Origin: Haplodiscus bocki
Taxonomy: Eukaryota
Assembly: GCA_965655095.1 (NCBI GenBank)
Contig: OZ296658.1
Location: 23,622,001-23,686,000 of the forward strand
DNA length: 64,000 bases
Reading direction: 5' to 3'
Under the pieces are notes generated by a model. That model had not been told where the DNA came from and did no database searches. It saw only the letters and a list, made by a program, of their open reading frames with translations. Within the stretch, counting starts at the first letter, position 1; each line of letters opens with the position of its first letter. This document shows positions 48,201 through 62,350 of the stretch, one piece after another. Position numbers and translations under genes: made by a program.

Positions 48201-49559
48201 AGCTTTTATTTTGAACTTTGTAAGTATAGGAAAAATGCGTTCGTTGAAAGAGTTTGAGGAATTTTCTTTGATGCAAGTGCTGCTTGATTCCGTGTTTGTG
48301 CTGCTTGCTTCCGTGTTTGTGCGACTAAGAGCTTTGCTTTCAGAGTGGGCGTAGAAAAAAACGTATTTAAAAGTTACAAGTTCTCACGAATTGTCCATTT
48401 TTTTAAAACTAACCTTGCATAAGAGCCACGGAGCTCATCGATGGAAAGTAAAGCTAAAAGTCACTTACTTCAATTTTTCCAATCAACTAGCGATTACTCA
48501 ACGGCAAACTGATCTGATAGAAAGAAGTTGACAGTTGTTATTTCAAACCTTCAATACTGGCGTCATATTTTTGGTCAAACTTAATTAAACTTCAAATTAA
48601 GTATAGAGTTAACGCACCTTTCATCTCAAAAACCAATTCTTTTTGACAATTCATTTGGAAAATGTATATGCGTTCAACTAGTTGTACTAGTAGGTTCCTC
48701 GTTAGTTTTACGTCCCTAAGTGAAGTGTCTTTCCCTGTCATCAATTTGATCCTGGACTCCAGGTTCTCAGAAACTTTCCAACTTTCTTTCATTTTTTCTA
48801 GTCGTAGAAACCATCGCTTCTGGTTATTCAACCATCAGTAAAACTAGAGAGTGTAAATTTTTGGCATTATATTAATTTCCGTACCAACATCGATATACAA
48901 TGCCTAAAACTTGTTACTAATTTCTCTTTTACTTGCAAAGAATGCTTGTGAAAACGTTGGGAAACAGGCCTTTGTTTAGTTTGATTACAAAAACTTCTTT
49001 GCGCAACTTTTTTTAGCGTCCTAATGAAACAACAGAATGCTCTTTGGGTCCTGATGATGTATAAATACTTTTGACGGTCAGAGTTTCTAGAGGAATTATT
49101 TACGTCCCATCAGTCTTCAGTGGAAACTTATAATTAGATGACTTAATCCAAATACCATATATTTTGAAAAAGAGAACTTGAAAAGGTTTTTCACTAAACG
49201 TACTCTGTGTATGACTTGTAATTTATGTATAGTATTGTCAAATATTCACTCACATTATGCATACGAGTTTCTCAAAGCTAAATTCAAAAAAGATCGGGAA
49301 TCATAATTTTACTCAGGGAGCAGTCTAGTACTTCAGTTACATATTATATCAATTTTAACACTTGAAAAACAACGAACTAGATAATCCAGCTTGGCAATTC
49401 ACCAATAAATATTATGAGTACTGTTTGTGATCAAGTCATTTGACCAAACTGGAAGATTTTGTGTATTTTTGGAGCTCAATTTCTACGTAGTGTCGCAACT
49501 GCTGGTTAGCGTCGGAGGGTTCACTAAGGGTTAATCAAACTGCTGTCAGACTCAATACC

Positions 49560-50000
49560 AACAAGCCGGCCGGCAGCCAATAGCATATTTTCCGCCATCT
49601 AATCTTGCTAAAAATGCATTTTAGAAAGGTGAAAGCGTTTTTTTTGGAAACGACAAAAAAGACAATATTCAATTTCTGATAAATGCTCCAAAATCAAATT
49701 CTCTCCCATTTTTGCTAAAAACACTCAAATGCAGTGGAAAAAGATAATTTCATGAAATAAGATCACTTGATACGCAGTCTAAAGCAAGTTTGCCATCTTT
49801 ACCGCTCCCAAAAAATCAAAAAACCGAAATCGCGGAGGTATTCGAAAAATCTTTCTACTTCTTTCGCCGTCTATGGTAAAAAAATTACCTTCAGAAACTT
49901 CGGACATATAAAATTTCCAATTGGCAAGTAAGATTAAAAAAACGTTCGCAATGAGTGGATGACTTTCCTTCCTTATTTAAAGATAGGCGGAATTTAATAA
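49560..50000 (-). mobile_element. Non-autonomous Helitron-like repeat copy (reverse)
   Basis: AACAAGCCGGCCGGC...GCATATTTT is the reverse complement of the family terminus; body resembles 23520-24014. Confidence 0.5.
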
Positions 50001-52529
50001 AAACTTTATTACATCGAACGGACAGTCAAATTTTTTTGATGGTAGTTAGAGGAACTCTCGCCCTTTTAAAGCAGCTTTATTGATTGTTTTTATGGTCATG
50101 TAAAGTCACAAATTTATTTGTCATATTCGGTTATTTATATATATTTTTTATTTTCTACACCACTACACGCCGCGTCAATTTGTCTGTAAAATACAGAGCT
50201 TATTGATTGTAATTGTATGTATTACACAGTGTAATGCACAGTATTGCATGTAATTCAGACACTCTGTCCAAAAGCACCTCGTTACCGTCACCAACAACGT
50301 GGGGAGGTAGTCGAAGCCACTTTGGCAGACGGCGCAATTTGCTTCATAGCCCTTAAAAAATCCCAGACACACATTATCAAACAATTGCACACATTTTCCC
50401 CAAACCTCTTGCTGGAACACGACATGACATCGTCGTTGGATAAGCTCCAAAATCACCTGGATCACGTTGAGCGGGTCACTGAAAGAAGCAAAAAGATGTG
50501 TCTGTCCTGGACGGCATGTGTCTGTCCTGGTGGTACGGGCTACACCAGAACCAGAACTACAAGAATGCTCTTTAGCAGAGCAATGCTTACAACAATGATT
50601 GTGACTGTGGTATGGTTCAGTTGCAATGCAGTGAAGCTGCTTCCTATGAAACAACAATTAAAACAGAAAGTATTGCCAAATCTTCTTTTCACACCGACAA
50701 TTCTGCACCTCCTCGCACTCGGATTCTAAAAAAACTGTGGTCAGCCGACAGACCCCGGAAAGTGTTCTACCAACAAACGTGCTGTTGGTCAGAAAAACAT
50801 GAGAGACCGAAACTCAAAAGCCAACTTTTGTAATCACTTATCTTGTATCAAAAAGCCAAACAACCGAATTTCGAGAGTGGTGCTGAAATTTATAGATGTT
50901 TTGTAGAACGAATGAAGAAAACTTAGCTGAATAACCCTTCCATGCTACACTCTTTCTTCCCGGTGCTGAGCAAATGATCTAGATGTATGGATTCGAAACA
51001 TCAACATCAATAAAGAAACTCCCAAACAATAATTTTTGGAGTTGATTATCAATACTACTGATTTCTCCTGTTGCTCAATTTATTTTGAGAATTGTAAAGT
51101 CTTGATGTAAATTTATTCAATATTTAATTTGTTTTATATCTAGATTATGATGATTCGAAATCAATACTCACAAAGTCTATGGAATCTCGGAATTTACTTA
51201 ATGAAAAGTTCGAACAGTTTGTCGTATCGGAGCGGAAAAAAAACAAATAACATTATAATAATCGGGCACTGTTCAAGTAGAAGCGACGACTAAAAACATG
51301 AAACTTCTCCAGTTAAGTAATATTTTTTCGAAGCCAACTTTGTCAAACGTCTGAATACAATGTAATGATGTAAAGCAGGCTGAACAGATTCAACGCTGTT
51401 GAGTGAGTTCAAAATGACTTCTCGTCAGGAAAAGGAAGTTTCCATCAATCAGATCGATCATGAACTTTGGCATGGGTTTGAGCAATAATTCATTTGTAAA
51501 GTGGTAACTTCAAAATGACCGGGGTCAAAAAAGTTCACCATTTGAGCTGAACAGTTTTGAAAACGCATAGCAACGATGTTGAATTTCGCTAGATTGATAA
51601 TTAATGATACTTCCACTTTTTGCCCCTTTTGTTGTCATTATGGCGTAGATACCTAGGAAAAGTATATATTAATCGCGTGCAGAAGCAAAGTTTGCAGGAA
51701 AAAAAAGATGAATTCGGAAAAACCGTCAGTAGCAGAAACGATAAGGGTATTTTTTGTTAGTCTCGCGTTACTACTAACGCTCAAATCTTAGAAAAAGTGC
51801 GATTATTAAAATGAAATAAACGTGAAGTTGAAACCAACCCCAAGAATTTTCGATGATAAATGGAAATCTGGAGAAATTATATTACTCAAAGAATAACACA
51901 AAGTATTTATTTTCGCTATGTTTATTTGCTATTTAAATTTAACTTACGAAGTTGATAGGATTATACAGGATATGGAATCTACTTACCATACTAGTGGCTC
52001 CAGATTTCGAAGATTACCAAATAGAAAATTCTGTGCGGCATGAGGGAATGAGATAAACGTTTAGATACAGTGGCTACAAAGCTTAGATAATAAATAACGA
52101 TAGATACTACCCACCACTACGATGAAAAATTAAAGGTTGATGAAAAGCTCGATTTATTCAGATCGAATTGCACAGTTTCAAGATTTAATTTTGTTGAAAC
52201 AAAAATTCTAATTCTCGAAACGGGATTTTCCTATTGGCTACATAACCCACGTGTTTGGTCACGTGACCTGGTTACGTCATCAATCTGGGTATAACTACGC
52301 AGTGTTCAACCAAAAGTTTCAGTTGCTCGCTCCTGCTCACTTGCCTATTTACCCGAGCCGAAACTCTCTTCCAATCAGTCCTCATTTAAATTCTTGAGAA
52401 TTCTTATCTCTTCTTTTCTATCAAGCGAGCTAAACTCTCTTATCTCAAACACGCCTCACCTTGAAACTTTTTCTGAAAAATCTGAAACAAGTCTTGACCT
52501 CAACTCAACAAAATTGCTTCCAATTTATC

Positions 52530-52800
52530 TAAGACAGTTCCAAAACTTCTCGGCGCCGCAATTCAGCAATATTGCTTCGAAATTAATCAAGACAATTCCA
52601 AAACTTGTCTTAGCCGAAATCCAACAATATTGCTCTTAAAAATTTTGAAACATTTCCAGAAGTTATTTTAGCCGGAATTCAATATTATTGCTTCCAATTA
52701 ATTCCGAGAAAATTCCAAAACTTGTATCCTAGCCGCATCCTAACAATATTGCCTCAAAAATATTCTGAAACATATCCAAAACTTCTCTTATCTGCTATTC
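52530..52800. repeat. Degenerate short tandem repeat (CCAAAACTT...GCCG...CAATATTGC units)
   Basis: Several visible units downstream of a promoter-like motif cluster. Confidence 0.6.
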
Positions 52801-53649
52801 ATCATCCCAGCTAGACAATGCGACGTAGTTCCAACCTATTGTCAAAACAACGGATTCTTCTATTCACCTTTGAAATTTGCAATTTATGATTTTGTTTAAT
52901 CTAGTCTACTTCTTTCAAAAACTTCTCGCGATAAATTGCGATAGAACTGCCGCTTCCGAGATAAAAAAAAAAGAAAAGGAGGAAACCACCTGGTTGTTGC
53001 GTTACTCGAGTTTTACCTGAGTCCTAGAAAAAAGTTACAAATGTTTAACCCCTCCAATAAATCCGGAAATTTATTCACGGTTTGGCAGTTTGAAGAAAAT
53101 TAGGACCTTTCAACCAATCGGTAAGCTAATGCAAGTACAGAGATGTAAAGTAAAGCTAAAAGTGTAATCCTATCTGAAGATTAAATGGATGTAAATTCCT
53201 CGTCAGTGGTTTACGCTTATTAAAAAGAGGACATAAGAATCTTGACTTGGTTAACTGTTTTCATGGCATATTATCAGAACTGTATATAAAAATTGATATC
53301 CAGTTCGGTAATTCCACAGGATTTAACTCTTGGTTTGGACCTAAAAGGAACTGAAGAGGAATGGCTAGGTCGACTGCCTTTTTGACATGTTACCGAAGTC
53401 TCAGCTGAAAATTAAATGAATACGACACAAAAGTAAAACTAAAGAAAAACAAACAAAAAGCAAAAATTGAGCTAGAAAAAATGAACGTAATCACTCTTCC
53501 TAGCCTCAACTTAGTCTATAATGTGATAAAAAAATTCCTTTTCTGGAAAGAGTTGTATTCTTATCGATTACAAAAATGTCATCTATGGGTATTTTTAAAC
53601 TCTGGACAAATAGAATTTTTATGAATTATACAATAAATTGATGCAGAGT

Positions 53650-54100
53650 TGTTCACAATTGTGCAAGTTCCATCTGACTTTGAAGCAGCACTAGTACATG
53701 AAGTGAATAAAAATGTGACGCTGGTTACTGCCACGCCACATGCTACGATGCCCGAAGGTTTATTCGACCTCTAGAAAACATCCAGACTCTGAGAGTTTTT
53801 TGATCTGAGCCCGCAGAACACCTGGCGATCAAACGTTGAGCTGGTCTAACCAAGCCCACTGCAAGCGACATGCTAGTCTACCGCAACCAGCGATTAACGA
53901 ATTGAATTGCTCTATAAGTATAGTTTGATAATCCGAAACTCTTTTCTGCCACTTTGAGCCGTAGATGACAGTCAGGATTTGCTTAAAATCGTGAGTGATA
54001 TCTGGCTCTTGGACTATGAGTCCACTATTTCCTCTCATAAATAGAATAACAGTCACCCAACCCAATCTTTTAACGTTTCGACATCTACCCGATAGTAAAT
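53650..54100 (-). mobile_element. Possible LINE RT remnant
   Basis: Broken frames resembling the RT region around the GVPQG motif; weak. Confidence 0.3.
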
Positions 54101-54962
54101 GCCAATAAAGTTATCGCTTTTTTGTCAGGAACTACTTACGAACGTGGCTTTTCTGGCTCCGGCAAGTTGTTATCTAACGGGGTTTCAATTCCGATTCTCA
54201 GTTGTTGTGGAACTTTTTCAGGCAGAAGAGGTGATTGGGGAGAATTTCGATGTGCCATTTTTAAACCTTCAAGGTTCCGGAGTTAATTTGTTAATAAAAA
54301 TTTATGTGATTGTTTCTGAAGTTATATTTCTGAAATTACAAGAGTGCTGCTAAACAATATAAAATTGGATTGATCAAACCTAGCTCCTAATAACCTCACC
54401 CTCCCGAAATTTCAGATTGTCTTGTGCACATTTACTTTTGGTAGATTGACTGCCATTTCCGAATAATCATCAAATTGTTCATCTCTTACCTTATACCTTT
54501 TCTTTGCTCAGCAAGTCCTTGCTCGTAGAACTTACGCAACTTTGTCTTCACGGATTGGTAAAAAAATAAAAGTGTAAGCGTCTGAAACTTTCTTACAGAA
54601 TAACGTAGACGTTTGGCTACACACGCTGCTAAGCAATATTAGCCAAAGCAAACAATAGCAAACATACTTGATAACACCAGTTTCCTGCGACTGTCAAGCA
54701 GAAATACCTGCACCGCACGCAAGTTTTATGTATCTCGCAAGTAAACAACATGCGACACTCCAGAAATCCAACATGCGAAACCGCATGTAAATAATGCTGC
54801 GGTAGCAGGTAAAATTACTTGCAACCACAGGCACCGCAGGTAAAATGCATGTGGGGCCAAAATACACGCGGGCTGCAGGTTAAATTTCTTGCTTTTCCAT
54901 GTAAATTGACATGCGCCGTTTTTACAGTGTGATTTCGAAATTAACGCTGACATCATTGACAG

Positions 54963-55198
54963 GTGTCACAGCACATGACGAGGGAAACTATCATTTGGGC
55001 CTATTTGACGAAGCTGGAAACTTCCTAGCCTGTCACATGATGAAGGTTAAACTGCTGGAAGCCCCTCCGCCTGAGAAAGACCACAATTTCCGATTTGCTA
55101 ACAGAATGGCCATGCTCGACAAAAAAGCTGCTGCTGCCGATAAAGATGTACAATTTTGGCCAGAATTCAGGGCCAACAAATTTGACGTTCTGGGCTAA
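54963..55198 (+). CDS. Terminal exon of a host gene (Ig-like D-x-G-x-Y motif)
   Basis: GCTGAC branch point and TTGACAG| acceptor, phase 1; (G)VTAHDEGNYHLGLFDEAGNFLACHMMKVKL...FDVLG*. Confidence 0.65.
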
Positions 55199-56512
55199 TG
55201 TTGACACGACAGCCATTTACTTATAATCAGATAAATTAAAAGTTTTTCGTTTATATTAGATTTTCAAAATTATTAGTTTCATAGTCTATATCGATACGGC
55301 AAGTCTCTTGGTGTTTTAGACCGCAAGGCTAAGAGCTGTATTTCTGCGAAAGTATGAAGGCTTCCGGTACTTTTGTTGCTTTGAGCATCGGATAACATTT
55401 GAAAACTAAGAAATTACATACATTTGAAGTCATTCAAACTTCCAAATTTAATCCCAGCTGGGGGATCTAAAGCTTCATCGTCCGAAGTCAAAGTGAAAAG
55501 TTTCTTTTCCACCTTTTCGGAGAAACATTCATTTGCCCAATAATCTAAATTAAAAGTTAAAGTGAAAAATCAGTGATTCAACTTTCAATTATCTTCGATA
55601 AATTTTATTCATGACAGGTAATATTGAAGAGTTTCCGGGAAAAATTTGGTGAGGGTAATTTCGATAAAAGGAATAGTTCTTCATAAATGTGGGAGATTTG
55701 GTTGAAAATTAAATTTGTGTTCAGTATTGCGTTATAAGTAACTTCACTTTCGACTAAGTTTTGATAAATAGGGGGTCGCTCGACATAAACATGATACACC
55801 TTTGATTGCGAGTTATAATTTGTCGCTTTGTTAATCATCTTTTTTCCACTTCATTCGACGTTACTTCTTAAGATCGTGAGAAGACAGTTCGGTGACCAGT
55901 TCTCAGCATCTGATGGTCAACCTGGAGCGAAAATAAAGTTGTTGACACAGAACAACAGCTCAGAACTTGTTGTCCCAAAAACACGTGAAAATTTCGAGCT
56001 TTCAAAATTGCTATTGTTAATAACTAACAATATTGATTCTGAGTGACTCCTCAGCAAAATTAAGCAAGCTTGGAACTTAGTTTCTCAAGGAACAATCGTT
56101 TTTTTTTGAAAAAAAACAGTAAAAGCAAAAACACTTGTCTTGGATTTTTTCATTAAAAATCAGTTTTTTTTTGTTTCAAAATTGGACCAAGTGTTGAAAA
56201 AGCTACCCTGATTTCGACCATTATTGGTCAAATTTGAGATTTTTCTAGCAACTCTCATTAACTGCGCAAAATACAGAAAAACATTCCGATGCAACTTTGA
56301 AGCATTGAACCTTACAATACCTCTGACTTTTACAATTTTCTCAAAGTCCTCAAGAGCTTAAAGTTCCCAACGATAGTGAACTTTCTATACTGTAAGTTAT
56401 TGAAAACCCAGACAAATCCATAATTCATCCTTGAAAATCCATATTTCTTAACATATGAAAACAGGGAAAATTATGGTGACCTAGTCGACATGTTTTAGAG
56501 AGATGAAATTTC

Positions 56513-57376
56513 CAACAAATCGGCCGGCCATGACCGACATATTTTCTGCCCTCTAGCTTTGCTAAAGATAATACTATCTTCAGCAAATGTTGAAAAATTT
56601 TCCAAATTTAATTTTTTTCTGATTTTAGCAAAAAACCTTCAATTCAGGTGGAAAAAAAGACATTTTTATGAAATAGCATCTTTTGATGAGCATTCTTCAG
56701 CAAAATTGCCACCTTTAACTTTTTTTTGAAAAAATCATGTTATTTCTCAAAACATCCCATCTAATTTTTCAAAAAAAAAAACAAATTTCGAACGTTTTGA
56801 AAAATCTTATAATTTTGCGCCACATTATTTATAATATGGAAAACAAAATCTTCTTGTCATTATTTTGCACCATATTATTTGTAATATAGAAAACAAAATC
56901 TTCCTCTCAAATGGAACGTTTTTTTACCCAATATTTGCCAATTGCGTTCACGCCAACATCGGCAGTTCTTCACGTTTCTGAATGTAAACTTTTTTCATCA
57001 AATTGTAGCAAATTTGCCGTAAAATGCAACTGACATAGTAAAAATTCTCAAAACGTTCAAAAATTGTTTTTTTTTTTGAAAAAAAAATAGATGGGTTTTT
57101 CGATCAAAAATCTTCAATTTTAAAAAATCGCTAAAGGTAGCAAATTTGCTGTAGAATGCGAATCAAATGGTATTATTTCTTAAAAAACGTCTTTTCCGCC
57201 CTGATTACGAGGTTTTTTTGGCAAAAAATCAGAAATGTTTGAACATTGGAAAAATTAGACAATATGATGTAGAAGGAGTGTTTTTTTCGAGGAAAAAAAC
57301 GTATTCATCTTTTAAAATTTCATCTTTACCAAATTGGGAAGGCGCAAAATATGCCGGTGGTAGCCGGCCGTCTTGT
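56513..57376. mobile_element. Two oppositely oriented copies of the Helitron-like repeat
   Basis: Reverse terminus at ~56515-56548 and forward terminus ATGCCGGTGGTAGCCGGCCGTCTTGT at 57351-57376. Confidence 0.55.
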
Positions 57377-58526
57377 TACTATTTCAGTCGGGAGAATTTG
57401 CTGTAATTTGGTGACTGAAAACTTTTCAAGACAAAACAGTGAGGCATTCGTACCTTAACAATTGGCAAACAGCGTTAAAAAAAGGTACGCCTTTAGTGAA
57501 TGATTTTACTCCCATACTATAATTAGGGCTGAAAATAATAATTTTTTTCATCAAACGAAGCATCTGCGATATCCGGTAATTTGAAAGCGCAAATTAGAAA
57601 AAACGTCGGCTACCTTTGGGAGAAAACAATAAAAAACAATTGGGAACGAAGTACAAATTCGGACAGAACAATGTGAATTGAAATCAATTTATGCCCAGTT
57701 TTTTGTCTCTCATTAGGAACTTGGATTTTTTGACGTCATTAGAATTACTAGTGGTGTAGTGTAAACTGTCAAAAACTGCTTCTTCCGAAACACTTGATTT
57801 TGTTTTTGTTTTCGCGCTCAAAAATGGCCAAATTTTTCGAACTTGGTTTGAAAAAAATGAACAACAGTGTCCTAAAAAGACTTGCTCAGCATATGAATGT
57901 TTTGGAGGAGACATTTTAGGAGGCCAATTGTTTGTCTTGGTGTTGTTTAGTATGCGATTTTGTAATAAAATGGAGTGTAAATTGAAGCAACCAAAGGAGG
58001 TATGGTTGACAAAGTATGAGACACACTGACGCGTACTTGTTTCAATTCAACATTTTGGAACAAAACTTTTGTTTGGCAGCTGGTGTAAAAGTTTTTGACT
58101 TGTCAAGCACATCTCCTATTATGGTTTCACTTTTCATCCCAACTGACGAGTCCAAAAGTGCTCCGAAGTTCGGCTTCGCTTCTGTTTTATTTTGTAGTAT
58201 CCGCCACTGACCTGAAACTCTTCGCTATTTTTATCTTTAGATTATTAACTGAGGCAAATTCTGGAGTTTGCGTTTTTCGATTCAGACATTTAGAATACTT
58301 TTGAAGTTGTGGAAACTAATGTCTGGATTTACTGATCAATGCATCATGGTTACTTTGTCTCGCGACTTTAATAAGCAGCACAAAGAATCTAGTTTTCTAA
58401 TATCTCAAAATTTGAAATGGCTATTTTAAACCTATCTTCACCATGCCATTGTGATTGATGTGCAACTAACTATGTGATAAAATTGGGAGCAATTTTTCGA
58501 AAAAATCCAAACTTCATTTCAATCAC

Positions 58527-58636
58527 TATCATCCATGATCATCCATGACTCGTGGATGCCATGTCATGACCATGGAATGATTCTTGGCGAGGCGTGCCAT
58601 GAATCATGGACGAATAATGGATGAATCATGGATGAC
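58527..58636. repeat. CATG-rich imperfect palindrome
   Basis: TCATCCATGATCATCCAT ... ATGGATGAATCATGGATGA. Confidence 0.5.
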
Positions 58637-59577
58637 AATCCAAGAATGGTCAAACTGTGATGTTCAACATTTTCGAAGCTTAGATATCAAAAAATTGTTC
58701 TGACAAAAAAACAAAAGGTTCATAAATGGAGTGATTTTCCATACTTCAAGGGATTAAAAGGTTTACATTTTTCCGAGTTCAGATCTCAGAAGATTGCTAA
58801 AACCAAAAGTTTTCAGAATTGTTCGAAGGTTTAAAATGTTGAATAATGTTTTTATATATGTTTCATGAGGGAAAAATTTTCGAGGTTTTAATGCATGGAT
58901 TACAAAACTAACATCACAATCGCGGAAAAAGGAGCGTTTCTAAATATTTTCAGGTCAAATTTGCCCATTACAGCTTCCTTTGGATTGTAAAGTTTAGTTG
59001 GGTACGATTATACTTGTCCATTCCTCAAAATCTGCAAAAATGCAAAAAGTACAAAAATGACAAAACTTGGCTGTCTCAAGCCTTTTGAGTTTTCGTCCGA
59101 TTTGGATAAAACAAAGACTTTTTCCATCTCCTCAAATTTTTTACAAGAAGTTATGCTCCCACAACTTTTTTTCAAAAATTTTACAATTGAGCCTCCAAAA
59201 CACTAATTTTTGCTAAGGAGTTTACTTGATTAAAATTCTCACTACAGAAATCGGCGCTTCTTTCAAATCAATTGAATATTACTTGATTAGATATACTCGA
59301 CAAGTCAATTAAAGCTGAACATTTTTGGAACTTGAAGTTTCACAGCAAAAAAAGATTGAATTTTTCGTGAAGTTGTGAGGTAATTTTGTCCGCAATAATG
59401 TTTAGAAAACATTTTTATTGTACTCAATGGACGTTGGTTATAGTTGGAAGTCAACAATGTCCAATTCAACGTTGGCAAATTAAATAGGTAATTCTCGCCA
59501 AAGAAAATCGCATAATTTTGACGATGTCTCAGAAATGGCTCATCTTACAAAAATTTGCAAAGTGTTTGCAGAATGTG

Positions 59578-61289
59578 TTATTCGTTTCTTGTATAGAAGA
59601 GAAAATAATAAATGACCTCGCTCATCATCTGACACATAGAGCAAGGTGAACAGCAACAGGTGACGAGTGCGTCTTCTGCAAAGTTGCCCTTGATGTCGTA
59701 GTCTTCTCTGATGCGTAGTCTGAAGAAGATCAGCAGAGCGAGTCGCAGAAAAGCCACAGTCAAGGTCAGCAAGTATAGCACAATCGTCACCACAACAGCC
59801 CAGTCACCGTGCCATCTAGAAGTCTACTTCAATTTTTCACCTCTGATGTTAAAGTTTTTAACAAGTGGGATTCTAGTCCATTTCACATTAACCACATAAG
59901 TCTAAATCTACAAATTAGGACTACAATGAAAGTAAAATGTGTAGAATTAAATGAGACTTATCATATAAAAACTCAGAATTTACAATTGAACATCGGTTGA
60001 TTTTAGCACCGCTTCTCAGTATAGAGTTTCTTAAATTTCCAGGTGAATTCCTGTGCGTCAAGTAATGGCGTTATTCAAAACATTAGGTTTCTTCAGTTTT
60101 TAGAAAGTGTTTCGTAAACTCTAGGTTTTGCACCTTCATCTACTCCGCCATAACTTAAGTAAGGATCAGTTATTTTTGGATATGTTACTTAAGGATAAAA
60201 GATATATTATGTTTTAGAGATTATTGTACTATTTTTTCAAAATCAAAATTGTTGATGACTTCATACGAGAACTTGAATTTGTTCCAAAAGTTTCGAATAT
60301 TGGTGCCATTTTTGAAATTCAATAAAACAATCATCAGTAAAAACAAAAATTTGAACTTTTCCGCATTTTCTGCCTAAAATTGCCTTAAAATGAATTTTTG
60401 ACAATCCGGCAATTTTTACCGTTGCTGGAGAATTATCCCATGAAGCCTTTAAAAAAACCATTTATTTCCACAGGCAAAAAGTTGGTTGGTTTGCTGTTTT
60501 TGGGTTGCCACAATTGAACAAAAAAAATACTGTTTACAATATGAATTCCTGATGTTATGGTAAAAAAGGCAGCTAAAAAATGTATAGGTGACGATGTCAA
60601 AACTCAAGTTGATTGATTTAAGCGTTAAAAACTATCAATGTACCACCCCTTTGGTCTTCGGAACTTTGCGATAGCCCTTGAGCTTACTGCAAAAGTTTTT
60701 TGAGAACGCGAAATCACTCACCCGCTTGTAGCATAAGAAAACTGATATCCGATAGAGAACACAATGCAGAGCATTGTGAGACAGAAACTGCCCAGCCAGT
60801 ATCCCGTTCTCTTGGAGTAGTAAGCGATGAAGAAATATGTGAACTCCCAGCAGATACACGTCGAAAGACAAATGCCGATGTTGTCAAAACAGCTGAACAG
60901 TCCCTTCTGCCACTGGTACTGTAGCAGAGACGGAAAAATTACATAAAGTGCAATTCTTTGAAATACCAAAATCTGAACCTCAAACGTCGATTATTTGACA
61001 ACAAACTACATCAATGAAAAAATATATATAGGAAAAAGATATTTTTTTTATTACTGGAAAGGGCTCTAATTGTTTTTCGAAAAAAAAACGTGAGATAGAA
61101 TGAAAAAAAATATCTTTCGACAACTGTAAATAGCAGCTGATTAGCAGCAGCCACTTGAATAGAAACACTTCAATTCATTACCTTGAATACTCGGAGTCTA
61201 CTCGATCTAAACTGACGAACGATTTTTACAAAACTTGTTTGAGCAGTGACTATTCCTTCAAGAGACTCGTCAGATGCCATCTGGTGCAT
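59578..61289 (-). CDS. PLAC8/cornifelin-family Cys-rich membrane protein, 3 exons (61289-61182, 60918-60722, 59815-59578)
   Basis: WQKGLFSCFDNIGICLSTCIC and RLRIREDYDIKGNFAEDALVTCCCSPCSMCQM are PLAC8 motifs; GT-AG junctions are phase-consistent (0, then 2). The 3' end is uncertain. Confidence 0.85.
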
Positions 61290-61299
61290 CTACAACTTA

Positions 61300-62350
61300 A
61301 CATCGTCAAGTCCCTACGCATGGAGTGAAAAACAATCTTCCATTAATCAATTTACTGAGCAGAAAACAACGAGCTACTTTTTTTACTCTGTAGTTGTCAC
61401 CTGAATCTCCAACTTGGATATGACAAGATGGGCTGACTTCTCTTCCAAAACAACCTATTTCAACAAGCAGTCGTAAATGATCATCAAACCATGCAAAAAC
61501 AACCATCTTGCTGAAAACCAAAGTTACCAAGACGCACCCTGCTCCGATCATTTAACATAAACAAGAGTCACCCAGCTTAACTCAAGGAGAGCAAACAATC
61601 CCCCACGCATTACGTCTTCGAAGACACAGACTAGAATGTCTTCCATCTCCACATTGGAGAAAATCGTTTCTCTCCTTATTGCTACAGTAAGATGGAAATG
61701 CTGATCGAACAATGGTAACATTGGATATGGAATAATTGAAAACTCAGTCCCCAAAGTCACCAAGCACCACTCATCAAAGTCACCTTAGCCCAGCAGTAGT
61801 ACCAGTCACCAAATCAAACAGTACAACACATTCAAATAGAAAAAATCAAATAAGTCCAACAACTAATTGGAACTGAGAAGACGAGGTAAACAAATTAGAA
61901 AAGGAACGCAACAGAGAATGCAACTCGAGACCAACAACATTTTCACCATCATTGTCTCAGCCATAATTATAAATATCTAGCAAGCGTCCTCAGTAAAACA
62001 AAAAACTACCACCTCAGATGAATTTGGAGTTCGAAATTGCAGAATCTGTCACTGACTAGGCACGCCTTTCCGACGATTTTTCTAGCAGTGGTTACAATCT
62101 ATCAAACCTTTTTGCTCCCTCAAAACCTGAAGCCGACTCCTATCGTTTCCTAAACGAAGCCAGCTGCACTGCTCCTGAAATCTTCGAAATCCTACAAAAC
62201 CTTGATGCAACAAATGTTGTTGGTCCAGACAACCTAGGAAACTTGGTACAAAAAATGAGCGGAAATTACTGTAAATCGCTGTAACTAACCATCGGTGCAG
62301 TCCTCAGCAAAGGCACTCTTTCTGATTTCTAGAAAAATGAAAAAAATTCC
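61300..62350 (+). mobile_element. Degenerate L2/CR1-like LINE fragment
   Basis: EIFEILQNLDATNVVGPDNLG resembles the L....A.GPD motif at the start of LINE RT; broken frames. Confidence 0.5.

Noticed and set aside
50175-50833. Overlapping ~160-aa ORFs on both strands
   Set aside because: Somewhat coding-like, but no motif or consistent splice pair found; could be a TE relic or an unrecognised exon.
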